Part shown: positions 48,431 through 62,455 of the stretch, in pieces
Numbering within the stretch: position 1 is the first letter of the stretch
Layout: each line of letters starts with the position of its first letter
Assembly: GCF_030144855.1 (NCBI RefSeq)
Contig: NC_082731.1
Location: forward strand, 31,806,001 to 31,870,000
Direction of reading: 5' to 3'
DNA length: 64,000 bases
Source of the DNA: Hypanus sabinus
Lineage: Eukaryota
Translations under genes and position numbers: made by a program
The notes under the pieces: model-generated
What the model was told of the DNA's origin: nothing
What the model saw: the letters and a program-made list of their open reading frames with translations, nothing else
Database searches by the model: none

Positions 48431-49045
48431 ATGAGGTAATGTTACACAGACAGTGAGAGTACTGTTAGATGTGATGTCTTTGGGATACTGGCCTTCATTA
48501 CTTGGAGCACGGAGTATCAGATCAGGGAGGTATTGTACTCTATAAAACTGGCCAAGAGGACCACAACCTTGTCATAGGATTTGGAAGCTTGCTTGCCTTG
48601 GTAACCTGGAGAATTATGTTGGCTGGAATCAGGACTTTATGCTTTGGCTTCTGGTCCAGTCACCAGTGCCAAACAGGTCAAAGGGTAGAGGCCAGACTAA
48701 GAGTGGTCTGCCGGTCCTCAAGGTTCAGCTCAGGGTTAACAACCCTGACTGGTCAAACAGAATTGTTATGGAAACAGCAATGAATACTGCTATGAAGAGA
48801 GATGGAGGACCTATTGTTGCCCTAAATGCCCGCGGTGTCAGGTGCTATGAAAATAGGGTCAGACCTTGGCTGGAGGGCCTTGTACAGTTCTCATCCCCAA
48901 ATTTCAGGAAAGGGCTAAGGACATTGGAATGGAGACAGAAGAGATACCCCAAGACCTTGCTTGAGGTGGAGTGGCTCAGGGGTCGAAAGGGAGGTGCACA
49001 TAATTATGAACAGATGGATTAGGAGTTGAAAGGTTCCTGTCTCTA

Positions 49046-49790
49046 GGTCAGACCCACACCGGGAGCACCGTGCACAGTTTGTATCCCTGGATCAAACCCA
49101 CACCGGGAGCACCATGCACAGTTTGTATCCCTGGATCAAACCCACACCGGGAGCACCATGCACAGTTTGTATCCCTGGATCAAACCCACACCGGGAGCAC
49201 CATGCAGAGTTTGTATCCCTGGATCAAACCCACACCGGGAGCACCGTGCACAGTTCCCATCTCCGTATTCCTGGGTCAGACCCACACTGGGAACACTGTG
49301 CACAGTTCCCGTCTCCGTATCCCTGGGTCAGAACCACACCAGGGAGCACCGTGCACAGTTCCTGTCTCCGTATTCCTGGGTCAGACCCACACAGGGAACA
49401 CTGTGCATAGTTCCCATCTCCGTATCCGTGGGTCAGACCAACACCGGGGAGCACCGTGCACAGTTCCTGTCTCCGTATCCCTGGGTCAGACCCACACCGG
49501 GAGCACCGTGCACAGTTCCTGTCTCCGTATCCCTGGGTCACACCCACACCGGGAGCACCGTGCACAGTTCCCGTCTCTGTATCCGTGGGTCAGACCCTCT
49601 TGGGGAGCACCCATGCACAGTTCCTGTCTCCGTATTCCTGGGTCAGACCCACACAGGGAGCACCGTGCACAGTTCCCGTCTCTGTATCCCTGGGTCAGAC
49701 ATACACAGGGAACACTGTGCACAGATCCCGCCTCCGTATCCCTGGGTCAGACCCACACCGGGAACACCGTGCACAGTTCCCATCTCTGTA
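49046..49790. repeat. 44-bp then ~52-bp minisatellite downstream of the NOP10 polyA site
   Basis: gtcagacccacaccgggagcaccgtgcacagttcctgtctccgtatccctgg and a shorter 44-bp variant. Confidence 0.95.
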
Positions 49791-49860
49791 TAGGGATGGA
49801 GGAGAAGGGGGCAGCGAAGGCATCGGATCATAAGCCACACAGAACATCCGTACGCTAACT

Positions 49861-49866
49861 TTTATT
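49861..49866 (-). terminator. AATAAA polyadenylation signal of NOP10
   Basis: tttatt on the + strand, ~145 nt past the stop codon. Confidence 0.65.
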
Positions 49867-50008
49867 GTGAGACAGTGCGTAACACGACGATTACAGTCTT
49901 CTCCCCACAAGTAGCGAAGCCTCATCTCTCCTCGTGCACGCTGCACAGGCGAAGCCAAAGCTTGGAGGATGGGGGGGCACTAGGGCCCACTGGCCATCGG
50001 CTGGCACG

Positions 50009-50149
50009 TCAGAAGGTGGGGGACGGCTGCTGAGTGGGCAGGATGTTGAAGCGTTTCTTCAAGGTCACCCTGTGCCTGGAGTACTTGTCATCGGGCGAGA
50101 ACCGCGCTGGGTGGGCTGTTGTGGTCACTCGACCCTGGGGGTCCACCTT
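50009..50149 (-). CDS. NOP10: H/ACA ribonucleoprotein subunit NOP10, exon 2
   Basis: cag acceptor; [46 protein letters not shown]. With exon 1 this gives 64 aa. Confidence 0.97.
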   Translation of the reverse strand, partial: KVDPQGRVTTTAHPARFSPDDKYSRHRVTLKKRFNILPTQQPSPTF

Positions 50150-50499
50150 CTGCACAGGGGGAGAGAGATTGAGGGAGGGGAGGAGAAAGGGAGAGATTAG
50201 AACATTAGAAGCAAAGGGTCACTGATTGTGCCCTCATCCACAAATTCCTAGTGGACCAGGACAGGGTGTCCTCAACCTGGTCTAACCATGGAGACCCCAC
50301 GGTTAATAAAGTGCACCAACACCTCTATCTCTTTGGCATGTCTCTGCCGACTCACACCAATATTTACCACTCAGAACCAGAAGATCACAGCCCGTCCCGT
50401 GACACAAGGTACTGCAGGCAGTTGTGGGCACAGCCCAGCACTGTGTTTGCATTTCCCGCACCTTGGAAAAGCAGTCAATATAACCAAAAACCCCACCTA

Positions 50500-51150
50500 T
50501 ATGACATAGAAGCAGAAGTAGCCATTTGGCCCATTGAGCCCACCCTATTCCATCATGGCCGGTTTACTAACCCTCTCAATCCCGTCCTCCTGCCTTCTCG
50601 TAACTTTTGATAACCCGGTTAATCAAGACCCTATCGTCCTCGGCTTTAAATACGCACAACAAACTGCCCTGCGTAGCTGTTTGTGGCAATGAATTTCACA
50701 CAGTCACCAAGCTCTGGCTACAGAAATTCCTCCTAATCTCTGTCCTGAGGGTGTGAACTCCGGTCCTGGACTCACCCACCACAGGAGACATCCTCTCTGC
50801 ATCCACTCTATCCAGGTCTTTCAATATTCCAGCAACACACATGCACACACACAAAACACTGGAGGAACTCAGCAGGCCAGGCAGCAACCATGGGAAAAGT
50901 AGTCAACGTTTTGGGCTGAGACCCTCCAGCTGGACACACACGATGGGTCATCAATGACAGTCCTCTTTCATTCTTCTGAATTCCAGCGAGTACAGACCCA
51001 CAGCCATCAAATGCTGCTCGTACATTAACCCTTTCATCCCGGGAACAATGCTTGTGAACCTCATCAGGACCCATGCCGCCACATAATTTCTTAGATAAAG
51101 GGTCCAAAATTACTCACAAACCTCCAAGTATAGCCTTTTAAAGCTTCATC
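50500..51150 (-). mobile_element. CR1 3' fragment with a Penelope-type insert (~50830-50940)
   Basis: gccatttggcccattgag tail, ccactctatccaggtctttcaatatt, attaaccctttcatccc. Confidence 0.7.
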
Positions 51151-51827
51151 CTTGCACTCACCCTGGGCTTCAAACCCCGCTGTTGAACGGCTACCTATAC
51201 AAGACATTCCACTGACCTCAGAATTTACGCAGCTTGTCCTGACCTCTGGAAACTTAACTCTTTATTCTGCGCTCTGTTATGGTCTTCCCTTGCACTACCT
51301 CATTGTCAAGTTGTTATGAAATTTTCTGCATTATTGCCCGTGGGCATAGTTCAGCACATCATGAAAACCAACCAGCCTCCTCCTCTCTCCCATGGACAGA
51401 AGTTAAAACAGACTGAAATCACACACCACCAGGCTCAAAGACAGCTTCCACCCCCGCTTTCGAGTCATAGACAGTCTCAGCAGGGCCCTGTACTAGTGAG
51501 GTTTCTCCACTACAATCCTCGAGGAGGGGGGACCCTTCACGCTCCGTATCTCCCGCTGCTCTCTCTGTGACCGGCGGACAGCTTCCCTCAGTAGGAACAC
51601 CCTCCCCCATCTCATGCTGTTCGACAACCCTTCGTATTTCGGTCTTCAGCCCTGTCCCCGACCCTCCCCTGAACACTCTCCCTCATATCATATCACCACT
51701 GACCTCTACGCATTGCCGATGACCCAATGAAACCAAGACTCTGACACCCAGAGCCTAACCCTAACCCCGACCATTACCCTTCTTCCCCAGACCACCAACC
51801 CTCTTGCTCGGCTCCCTGACCACCCTC

Positions 51828-54800
51828 CTCCCCTGACCCCCGACCCCTACCCTTCTCCCCTGACCCCCGACCACTACCCTTCTCCCCTGACCCCCGACCC
51901 CTACCCTTCTCCCCTGACCCCCGAACACTACCCTTCTCCTGACCCCCGACCACTACCCTTCTCCCCGACCCCCGACCACTACCCTTCTCCCCTGACCCCC
52001 GACCACTACCCTTCTCCTCTGACCCCTGACCACTACCCTTCTCCTCTGACCCCCGACCACTACCCTTCTCCTCTGACCCCCAACCTCCACCCTTCTCCTC
52101 TGACCCCCGACCACTACCCTTCTCCTCTGACCCCCGACCACTACCCTTCTCCTGACCCCCGACCACTACCCTTCTCCCCGACCCCCGACCACTACCCTTC
52201 TCCCCTGACCCCCGACCTCCACCCTTCTCCCCTGACCCCCGACCACTACCCCTCTCCTGACCCCCGACCACTACCCTTCTCCCCTGACCCCCGACCTCCA
52301 CCCTTCTCCCCTGACCCCCGACCACTACCCTTCTCCCCTGACCCCCGACCACTACCCCTCTCCTGACCCCCGACCACTACCCTTCTCCCCTGACCCCCGA
52401 CCTCCACCCTTCTCCCCTGACCCCCGACCACTACCCTTCTCCTCTGACCCCCGACCACTACCCTTCTCCCGTCCCCGACCTCTACCCTTCTCCCCGACCC
52501 CCGACCACAACTCTTCTCTTCTGACCCCCGACCACAACCCTTCTCCCCTGACCCCCGACCACTACCCTTCTCCTCTGACCCCCGACCACTACCCTTCTCC
52601 TCTGACCCCCGACCACTACCCTTCTCCCCTGACCCCCGACCACTACCCTTCTCCCCTGACCCCCGACCTCCACCCTTCTCCCCTGACCCCCGACCTCCAC
52701 CCTTCTCCCCTGACCCCCGACCCCTACCCTTCTCCCCTGACCCCCGACCACTACCCTTCTCCCCTGACTCCCGACCACTACCCTTCTCCTCTGACCCCCG
52801 ACCACTACCCTTCTCCCCTGACCCCCGACCACTACCCTTCTCCTCTGACCCCCGACCACTACCCTTCTCCCCTGACCCCCGACCCCTACCCTTCTCCCCT
52901 GACCCCCGAACACTACCCTTCTCCCCTGACCCCCGACCTCCACCCTTCTCCCCTGACCCCCGACCCCTACCCTTCCCCCCTGACCCCCGACCTCCACACT
53001 TCTCCCCTGACCCCCGACCTCCACCCTTCTCCCCTGACCCCCGACCACTACCCTTCTCCCGTCCCCCGACCTCTACCCTTCTCCCCGAACCCCGACCACA
53101 ACCCTTCTCCCCTAACCCCCGACCACTACCCATCTCCTCTGACCCCCGACCACCACCCTTCTCCCCTGACCCCCGACCTCCACCCTTCTCCCCGACCCCC
53201 GACCCCCGACCACTACCCTTCTCCCCTAACCCCCGACCACTACCCTTCTCCCCTGACCCCCGACCACTACCCTTCTCCTCTGACCCCCGACCACCCTTCT
53301 CCCCTGACCCCCGACCACTACCCTTCTCCCCTGACCCCCGACCACTACCCTTCTCCCCAGACCCCCGACCACTACCCTTCTCCCCTGACCCCCGACCTCC
53401 ACCCTTCTCCCCTGACCCCCGACCACTACCCTTCTCCTCTGACCCCCGACCACTACCCTTCTCCTCTGACCCCCGACCACTACCCTTCTCCCCTGACCCC
53501 CGACCACTACCCTTCTCCCCTGACCCCCGACCTCCACCCTTCTCCCCTGACCCCCGACCTCCACCCTTCTCCCCTGACCCCCGACCCCTACCCTTCTCCC
53601 CTGACCCCCGACCACTACCCTTCTCCCCTGACTCCCGACCACTACCCTTCTCCTCTGACCCCCGACCACTACCCTTCTCCCCTGACCCCCGACCACTACC
53701 CTTCTCCTCTGACCCCCGACCACTACCCTTCTCCCCTGACCCCCGACCCCTACCCTTCTCCCCTGACCCCCGACCACTACCCTTCTCCCCTGACCCCCGA
53801 CCTCCACCCTTCTCCCCTGACCCCCGACCCCTACCCTTCCCCCCTGACCCCCGACCTCCACACTTCTCCCCTGACCCCCGACCTCCACCCTTCTCCCCTG
53901 ACCCCCGACCACTACCCTTCTCCCCTGACCCCCGACCACTACCCTTCTCCCGTCCCCCGACCTCTACCCTTCTCCCCGAACCCCGACCACAACCCTTCTC
54001 CCCTAACCCCCGACCACTACCCATCTCCTCTGACCCCCGACCACCACCCTTCTCCCCTGACCCCCGACCTCCACCCTTCTCCCCGACCCCCGACCACTAC
54101 CCTTCTCCCCTAACCCCCGACCACTACCCTTCTCCCCTGACCCCCGACCACTACCCTTCTCCTCTGACCCCCGACCACCCTTCTCCCCTGACCCCCGACC
54201 ACTACCCTTCTCCCCTGACCCCCGACCACTACCCTTCTCCCCTGACCCCCGACCACTACCCTTCTCCCCTGACCCCCGACCACTACCCTTCTCCCCTGAC
54301 CCCCGACCACTACCCTTCTCCCCTGACCCCCGACCTCCACCCTTCTCCCCTGACCCCCGACCTCCACCCTTCTCCCCTGACCTCCGACCACTACCCTTCT
54401 CCCCTGACCCCCGACCACTACCCTTCTCCCCTGACCCCCGACCACTACCCTTCTCCCCTGACCCCCGACCCCTACCCTTCTCCCCTGACCCCCGACCACT
54501 ACCCTTCTCCCCTGACCCCTGACCACTACCCTTCTCCCCTGACCCCCGACCCCTACCCTTCTCCCCTGACCCCCGACCACTACCCTTCTCCCCTGACCCC
54601 CGACCACTACCCTTCTCCCGTCCCCCGACCACTACCCTTCTCCCGACCCCCGACCTCCACCCTTCTCCCCTGACCCCCGACCTCCACCCTTCTCCCCTGA
54701 CCCCCGACCACTACCCTTCTCCCCTGACCCCCGACCACCACCCTTCTCCCCTGACCCCCGACCTCCACCCTTCTCCTCTGACCCCCGACCTCCACCCTTC

Positions 54801-57800
54801 TCCTCTGACCCCCGACCTCCACCCTTCTCCCCTGACCCCCGACCACTACCCTTCTCCCCTGACCCCCGACCACTACCCTTCTCCCCTGACCCCCGACCAC
54901 TACCCTTCTCCCCTGACCCCCGACCTCCACCCTTCTCCCCTGACCCCCCACCCCTACCCTTCTCCCCTGACCCCCGACCACTACCCTTCTCCCCTGACCC
55001 CCGACCTCCACCCTTCTCCTCTGACCACCGACCTCCACCCTTCTCCCCTGACCCCCGACCACTACCCTTCTCCCCTGACCCCCAACCTCCACCCTTCTCC
55101 CCTGACCCCCGACCACTACCCATCTCCTGACCCCCGACCACTACCCTTCTCCCCGACCCCCGACCACTACCCTTCTCCCCTGACCCCCGACCACTACCCT
55201 TCTCCCCTGACCCCCGACCACTACCCTTCTCCTGACCCCCGACCACTACCCTTCTCCTCTGACCCCCGACCACTACCCTTCTCCCCTGACCCCCGACCTC
55301 CACCCTTCTCCCCTGACCCCCGACCACTACCCTTCTCCCCTGACCCCCGACCTCCACCCTTCTCCCCTGACCCCCGACCACTACCCTTCTCCCCTGACCC
55401 CCGACCACTACCCCTCTCCTGACCCCCGACCACTACCCTTCTCCCCTGACCCCCGACCTCCACCCTTCTCCCCTGACCCCCGACCTCCACCCTTCTCCTC
55501 TGACCCCCGACCACTACCCTTCTCCCGTCCCCCGACCTCTACCCTTCTCCCCGACCCCCGACCACAACTCTTCTCCTCTGACCCCCGACCACAACCCTTC
55601 TCCCCTGACCCCCGACCACTACCCTTCTCCCCTGACCCCCGACCACTACCCTTCTCCCCTGACCCCCGACCACTACCCTTCTCCCCTGACCCCCGACCTC
55701 CACCCTTCTCCCCTGACCCCCGACCTCCACCCTTCTCCCCTGACCCCCGACCACTACCCTTCTCCCCTGACCCCCGACCACTACCCTTCTCCCCTGACCC
55801 CCGACCACTACCCTTCTCCTCTGACCCCCGACCACTACCCTTCTCCCCTGACCCCCGACCACTACCCTTCTCCCCGACCCCTACCCTTCTCCCCTGACCC
55901 CCGACCACTACCCTTCTCCCCTGACCCCCGACCTCCACCCTTCTCCCCTGACCCCCGACCCCTACCATTCTCCCCTGACCCCCGACCTCCACACTTCTCC
56001 CCTGACCCCCGACCTCCACCCTTCTCCCCTGACCCCCGACCACCACCCTTCTCCCCTGACCCCCGACCCCTACCCTTCTCCCCTGACCCCCGACTCCTAC
56101 CCTTCTCCCCTGACCCCCAACCACTACCCTTCTCCCCTGACCCCCGACCACTACCCTTCTCCCCTGACCCCCGACCACTACCCTTCTCCCCTGACCCCCG
56201 ACCACTACCCTTCTCCCCTGACCCCCGACCACTACCCTACTCCCGTCCCCCGACCTCTACCCTTCTCCCCGACCCCCGTCCACAACCCTTCTCCCCTAAC
56301 CCCCGACCACCACCCTTCTCCTCTGACCCCCGACCTCCACCCTTCTCCCCGACCCCCGACCACTACCCTTCTCCCCTGACCCCCGACCACTACCCTTCTC
56401 CCCTGACCCCCGACCACTACCCTTCTCCCCTGACCCCCGACCACCCTTCTCCCCTGACCCCCGACCACTACCCTTCTCCCCTGACCCCCGACCACTACCC
56501 TTCTCCCCTGACCCCCGACCTCCACCCTTCTCCCCTGACCCCCGACCTCCACCCTTCTCCCCTGACCTCCGACCACTACCCTTCTCCCCTGACCCCCGAC
56601 CACTACCCTTCTCCCCTGACCCCCGACCACTACCCTTCTCCCCTGACCCCCGACCACTACCCTTCTCCCCTGACCCCTGACCACTACCCTTCTCCCCTGA
56701 CCCCCGACCCCTACCCTTCTCCCCTGACCCCCGACCACTACCCTTCTCCCGTCCCCCGACCACTACCCTTCTCCCGACCCCCGACCTCCACCCTTCTCCC
56801 CTGACCCCCGACCTCCACCCTTCTCCCCTGACCCCCGACCACTACCCTTCTCCCCTGACCCCCGACCACTACCCTTCTCCCCTGACCCCCGACCACTACC
56901 CTTCTCCCCTGACCCCCGACCACCACCCTTCTCCCCTGACCCCCGACCACCACCCTTCTCCCCTGACCCCCGACCTCCACCCTTCTCCCCTGACCCCCGA
57001 CCTCCACCCTTCTCCCCTGACCCCCGACCTCCACCCTTCTCCCCTGACCCCCGACCACTACCCTTCTCCCCTGACCCCCGACCACTACCCTTCTCCCCTG
57101 ACCCCCGACCTCCACCCTTCTCCCCTGACCACCCACCCCTACCCTTCTCCCCTGACCCCCGACCATTACCCTTCTCCCCTGACCCCCGACCTCCACCCTT
57201 CTCCCCTGACCCCCGACCTCCACCCTTCTCCCCTGACCCCCGACCACTACCCTTCTCCCCTGACCACTACCCCTCTCCCCTGACCCCCGACCACTACCCC
57301 TCTCCCCTGACCCCCGACCACTACCCTTCTCCCGTCCCCGACCACTACCCTTCTCCCCTGACCCCCGACCACTAGCCTTCTCCTGACCCCCGACCACTAC
57401 CCTTCTCCCCTGACCCCCGACCACTACCCTTCTCCCCTGACCCCCGACCACTACCCTTCTCCCGTCCCCCGACCACTACCCTTCTTCCGTCCCCCGACCA
57501 CTACCCTTCTCCTCTGACCCCCGACCACTACCCTTCTCCCCTGACCCCTGACCACTACCCTTCTCCCCTGACCCCCGACCACTACCCTTCTCCTCTGACC
57601 CCTGACCACTACCCTTCTCCCCTGACCCCCGACCACTACCTTTCTCCTCCGTCCCCCGACCACTACCCTTCTCCTCTGACCCCCGACCACTACCCTTCTC
57701 CCCTGACCCCCGACCACTACCCTTCTCCTCTGACCCCCGACCACTACCCTTCTCCCCTGACCCCCGACCCCTACCCTTCTCCCCTGACCCCCGACCACTA

Positions 57801-60800
57801 CCCTTCTCCCCTGACCCCCGACCTCCACCCTTCTCCCCTGACCCCCGACCCCTACCCTTCCCCCCTGACCCCCGACCTCCACACTTCTCCCCTGACCCCC
57901 GACCTCCACCCTTCTCCCCTGACCCCCGACCACTACCCTTCTCCCCTGACCCCCGACCACTACCCTTCTCCCGTCCCCCGACCTCTACCCTTCTCCCCGA
58001 ACCCCGACCACAACCCTTCTCCCCTAACCCCCGACCACTACCCATCTCCTCTGACCCCCGACCACCACCCTTCTCCCCTGACCCCCGACCTCCACCCTTC
58101 TCCCCGACCCCCGACCACTACCCTTCTCCCCTAACCCCCGACCACTACCCTTCTCCCCTGACCCCCGACCACTACCCTTCTCCTCTGACCCCCGACCACC
58201 CTTCTCCCCTGACCCCCGACCACTACCCTTCTCCCCTGACCCCCGACCACTACCCTTCTCCCCTGACCCCCGACCACTACCCTTCTCCCCTGACCCCCGA
58301 CCACTACCCTTCTCCCCTGACCCCCGACCACTACCCTTCTCCCCTGACCCCCGACCTCCACCCTTCTCCCCTGACCCCCGACCTCCACCCTTCTCCCCTG
58401 ACCTCCGACCACTACCCTTCTCCCCTGACCCCCGACCACTACCCTTCTCCCCTGACCCCCGACCACTACCCTTCTCCCCTGACCCCCGACCCCTACCCTT
58501 CTCCCCTGACCCCCGACCACTACCCTTCTCCCCTGACCCCTGACCACTACCCTTCTCCCCTGACCCCCGACCCCTACCCTTCTCCCCTGACCCCCGACCA
58601 CTACCCTTCTCCCCTGACCCCCGACCACTACCCTTCTCCCGTCCCCCGACCACTACCCTTCTCCCGACCCCCGACCTCCACCCTTCTCCCCTGACCCCCG
58701 ACCTCCACCCTTCTCCCCTGACCCCCGACCACTACCCTTCTCCCCTGACCCCCGACCACCACCCTTCTCCCCTGACCCCCGACCTCCACCCTTCTCCTCT
58801 GACCCCCGACCTCCACCCTTCTCCTCTGACCCCCGACCTCCACCCTTCTCCCCTGACCCCCGACCACTACCCTTCTCCCCTGACCCCCGACCACTACCCT
58901 TCTCCCCTGACCCCCGACCACTACCCTTCTCCCCTGACCCCCGACCTCCACCCTTCTCCCCTGACCCCCCACCCCTACCCTTCTCCCCTGACCCCCGACC
59001 ACTACCCTTCTCCCCTGACCCCCGACCACCACCCTTCTCCCCTGACCCCCGACCTCCACCCTTCTCCTCTGACCCCCGACCTCCACCCTTCTCCTCTGAC
59101 CCCCGACCTCCACCCTTCTCCCCTGACCCCCGACCACTACCCTTCTCCCCTGACCCCCGACCACTACCCTTCTCCCCTGACCCCCGACCACTACCCTTCT
59201 CCCCTGACCCCCGACCTCCACCCTTCTCCCCTGACCCCCCACCCCTACCCTTCTCCCCTGACCCCCGACCACTACCCTTCTCCCCTGACCCCCGACCTCC
59301 ACCCTTCTCCTCTGACCACCGACCTCCACCCTTCTCCCCTGACCCCCGACCACTACCCTTCTCCCCTGACCCCCAACCTCCACCCTTCTCCCCTGACCCC
59401 CGACCACTACCCTTCTCCTGACCCCCGACCACTACCCTTCTCCCCGACCCCCGACCACTACCCTTCTCCCCTGACCCCCGACCACTACCCTTCTCCCCTG
59501 ACCCCCGACCACTACCCTTCTCCTGACCCCCGACCACTACCCTTCTCCTCTGACCCCCGACCACTACCCTTCTCCCCTGACCCCCGACCTCCACCCTTCT
59601 CCCCTGACCCCCGACCACTACCCTTCTCCCCTGACCCCCGACCTCCACCCTTCTCCCCTGACCCCCGACCACTACCCTTCTCCCCTGACCCCCGACCACT
59701 ACCCCTCTCCTGACCCCCGACCACTACCCTTCTCCCCTGACCCCCGACCTCCACCCTTCTCCCCTGACCCCCGACCTCCACCCTTCTCCTCTGACCCCCG
59801 ACCACTACCCTTCTCCCGTCCCCCGACCTCTACCCTTCTCCCCGACCCCCGACCACAACTCTTCTCCTCTGACCCCCGACCACAACCCTTCTCCCCTGAC
59901 CCCCGACCACTACCCTTCTCCCCTGACCCCCGACCACTACCCTTCTCCCCTGACCCCCGACCACTACCCTTCTCCCCTGACCCCCGACCTCCACCCTTCT
60001 CCCCTGACCCCCGACCTCCACCCTTCTCCCCTGACCCCCGACCACTACCCTTCTCCCCTGACCCCCGACCACTACCCTTCTCCCCTGACCCCCGACCACT
60101 ACCCTTCTCCTCTGACCCCCGACCACTACCCTTCTCCCCTGACCCCTGACCACTACCCTTCTCCTCTGACCCCTGACCACTACCCTTCTCCCCTGACCCC
60201 CGACCACTACCCTTCTCCCCTGACCCCCGACCACTACTCTTCTCCCCTGACCCCCGACCACTACCCTTCTCCTCTGACCCCCGACCACTACCCTTCTCCC
60301 CTGACCCCCGACCCCTACCCTTCTCCCCTGACCCCCGACCACTACCCTTCTCCCCTGACCCCCGACCTCCACCCTTCTCCCCTGACCCCCGACCCCTACC
60401 ATTCTCCCCTGACCCCCGACCTCCACACTTCTCCCCTGACCCCCGACCTCCACCCTTCTCCCCTGACCCCCGACCACCACCCTTCTCCCCTGACCCCCGA
60501 CCCCTACCCTTCTCCCCTGACCCCCGACTCCTACCCTTCTCCCCTGACCCCCAACCACTACCCTTCTCCCCTGACCCCCGACCACTACCCTTCTCCCCTG
60601 ACCCCCGACCACTACCCTTCTCCCCTGACCCCCGACCACTACCCTTCTCCCCTGACCCCCGACCACTACCCTACTCCCGTCCCCCGACCTCTACCCTTCT
60701 CCCCGACCCCCGTCCACAACCCTTCTCCCCTAACCCCCGACCACTACCCATCTCCTCTGACCCCCGACCACCACCCTTCTCCCCTGACCCCCGACCTCCA

Positions 60801-62349
60801 CCCTTCTCCCCGACCCCCGACCACTACCCTTCTCCCCTGACCCCCGACCACTACCCTTCTCCCCTGACCCCCGACCACTACCCTTCTCCCCTGACCCCCG
60901 ACCACCCTTCTCCCCTGACCCCCGACCACTACCCTTCTCCCCTGACCCCCGACCACTACCCTTCTCCCCTGAACCCCGACCACTACCCTTCTCCCCTGAC
61001 CCCCGACCTCCACCCTTCTCCCCTGACCCCCGACCTCCACCCTTCTCCCCTGACCTCCGACCACTACCCTTCTCCCCTGACCCCCGACCACTACCCTTCT
61101 CCCCTGACCCCCGACCACTACCCTTCTCCCTGACCCCCGACCACTACCCTTCTCCCCTGACCCCTGACCACTACCCTTCTCCCCTGACCCCCGACCCCTA
61201 CCCTTCTCCCCTGACCCCCGACCACTACCCTTCTCCCGTCCCCCGACCACTACCCTTCTCCCGACCCCCGACCTCCACCCTTCTCCCCTGACCCCCGACC
61301 TCCACCCTTCTCCCCTGACCCCCGACCACTACCCTTCTCCCCTGACCCCCGACCACTACCCTTCTCCCCTGACCCCCGACCACTACCCTTCTCCCCTGAC
61401 CCCCGACCACCACCCTTCTCCCCTGACCCCCGACCACCACCCTTCTCCCCTGACCCCCGACCTCCACCCTTCTCCCCTGACCCCCGACCTCCACCCTTCT
61501 CCCCTGACCCCCGACCTCCACCCTTCTCCCCTGACCCCCGACCACTACCCTTCTCCCCTGACCCCCGACCACTACCCTTCTCCCCTGACCCCCGACCTCC
61601 ACCCTTCTCCCCTGACCACCCACCCCTACCCTTCTCCCCTGACCCCCGACCATTACCCTTCTCCCCTGACCCCCGACCTCCACCCTTCTCCCCTGACCCC
61701 CGACCTCCACCCTTCTCCCCTGACCCCCGACCACTACCCTTCTCCCCTGACCACTACCCCTCTCCCCTGACCCCCGACCACTACCCCTCTCCCCTGACCC
61801 CCGACCACTACCCTTCTCCCGTCCCCCGACCACTACCCTTCTCCCCTGACCCCCGACCACTAGCCTTCTCCTGACCCCCGACCACTACCCTTCTCCCCTG
61901 ACCCCCGACCACTACCCTTCTCCCCTGACCCCCGACCACTACCCTTCTCCCGTCCCCCGACCACTACCCTTCTTCCGTCCCCCGACCACTACCCTTCTCC
62001 TCTGACCCCCGACCACTACCCTTCTCCCCTGACCCCTGACCACTACCCTTCTCCCCTGACCCCCGACCACTACCCTTCTCCTCTGACCCCTGACCACTAC
62101 CCTTCTCCCCTGACCCCCGACCACTACCTTTCTCCTCCGTCCCCCGACCACTACCCTTCTCCTCTGACCCCCGACCACTACCCTTCTCCTCTGACCCCCG
62201 ACCACTACCCTTCTCCTGACCCCCGACCACTACCCTTCTCCTCTGACCCCCGACCACTACCCTTCTCCCCGACCCCCGACCACTACCCTTCTCCCCTGAC
62301 CCCCGACCACTACCCTTCTCCTCTGACCCCCGACCACTACCCTTCTCTG
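51828..62349. repeat. 27-bp minisatellite, ~10.5 kb (~390 units), G-rich on the NOP10 sense strand, with higher-order duplications
   Basis: Unit ctgacccccgaccactacccttctccc. Identical variant strings occur at offsets of ~4.0-4.5 kb. Confidence 0.98.
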
Positions 62350-62401
62350 ACCTCCGACAACTCCCAGGCAGCCCAGCCACCCACAAAGCCCCGATCCCGA
62401 C

Positions 62402-62455
62402 CTTCAGGGTGTAAACTCGCTCGCCGTCACTGTTCAGGTAGTAATGCAGGAACAT
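62402..62455 (-). CDS. NOP10: H/ACA ribonucleoprotein subunit NOP10, exon 1
   Basis: MFLHYYLNSDGERVYTLK followed by a GT donor; matches human MFLQYYLNEQGDRVYTLK. Confidence 0.97.

Noticed and set aside
51755-51768. Telomere-like cctaaccctaaccc in the NOP10 intron
   Set aside because: Only about two units; expected by chance in C-rich sequence.
51774-62455. GRGSGEKGS / GGQGRRVVV ORFs resembling RGG or Gly-rich proteins
   Set aside because: Translations of the 27-bp intronic array with frequent frameshifts. Only the first 18 codons of 61964-62455 are real (NOP10 exon 1).
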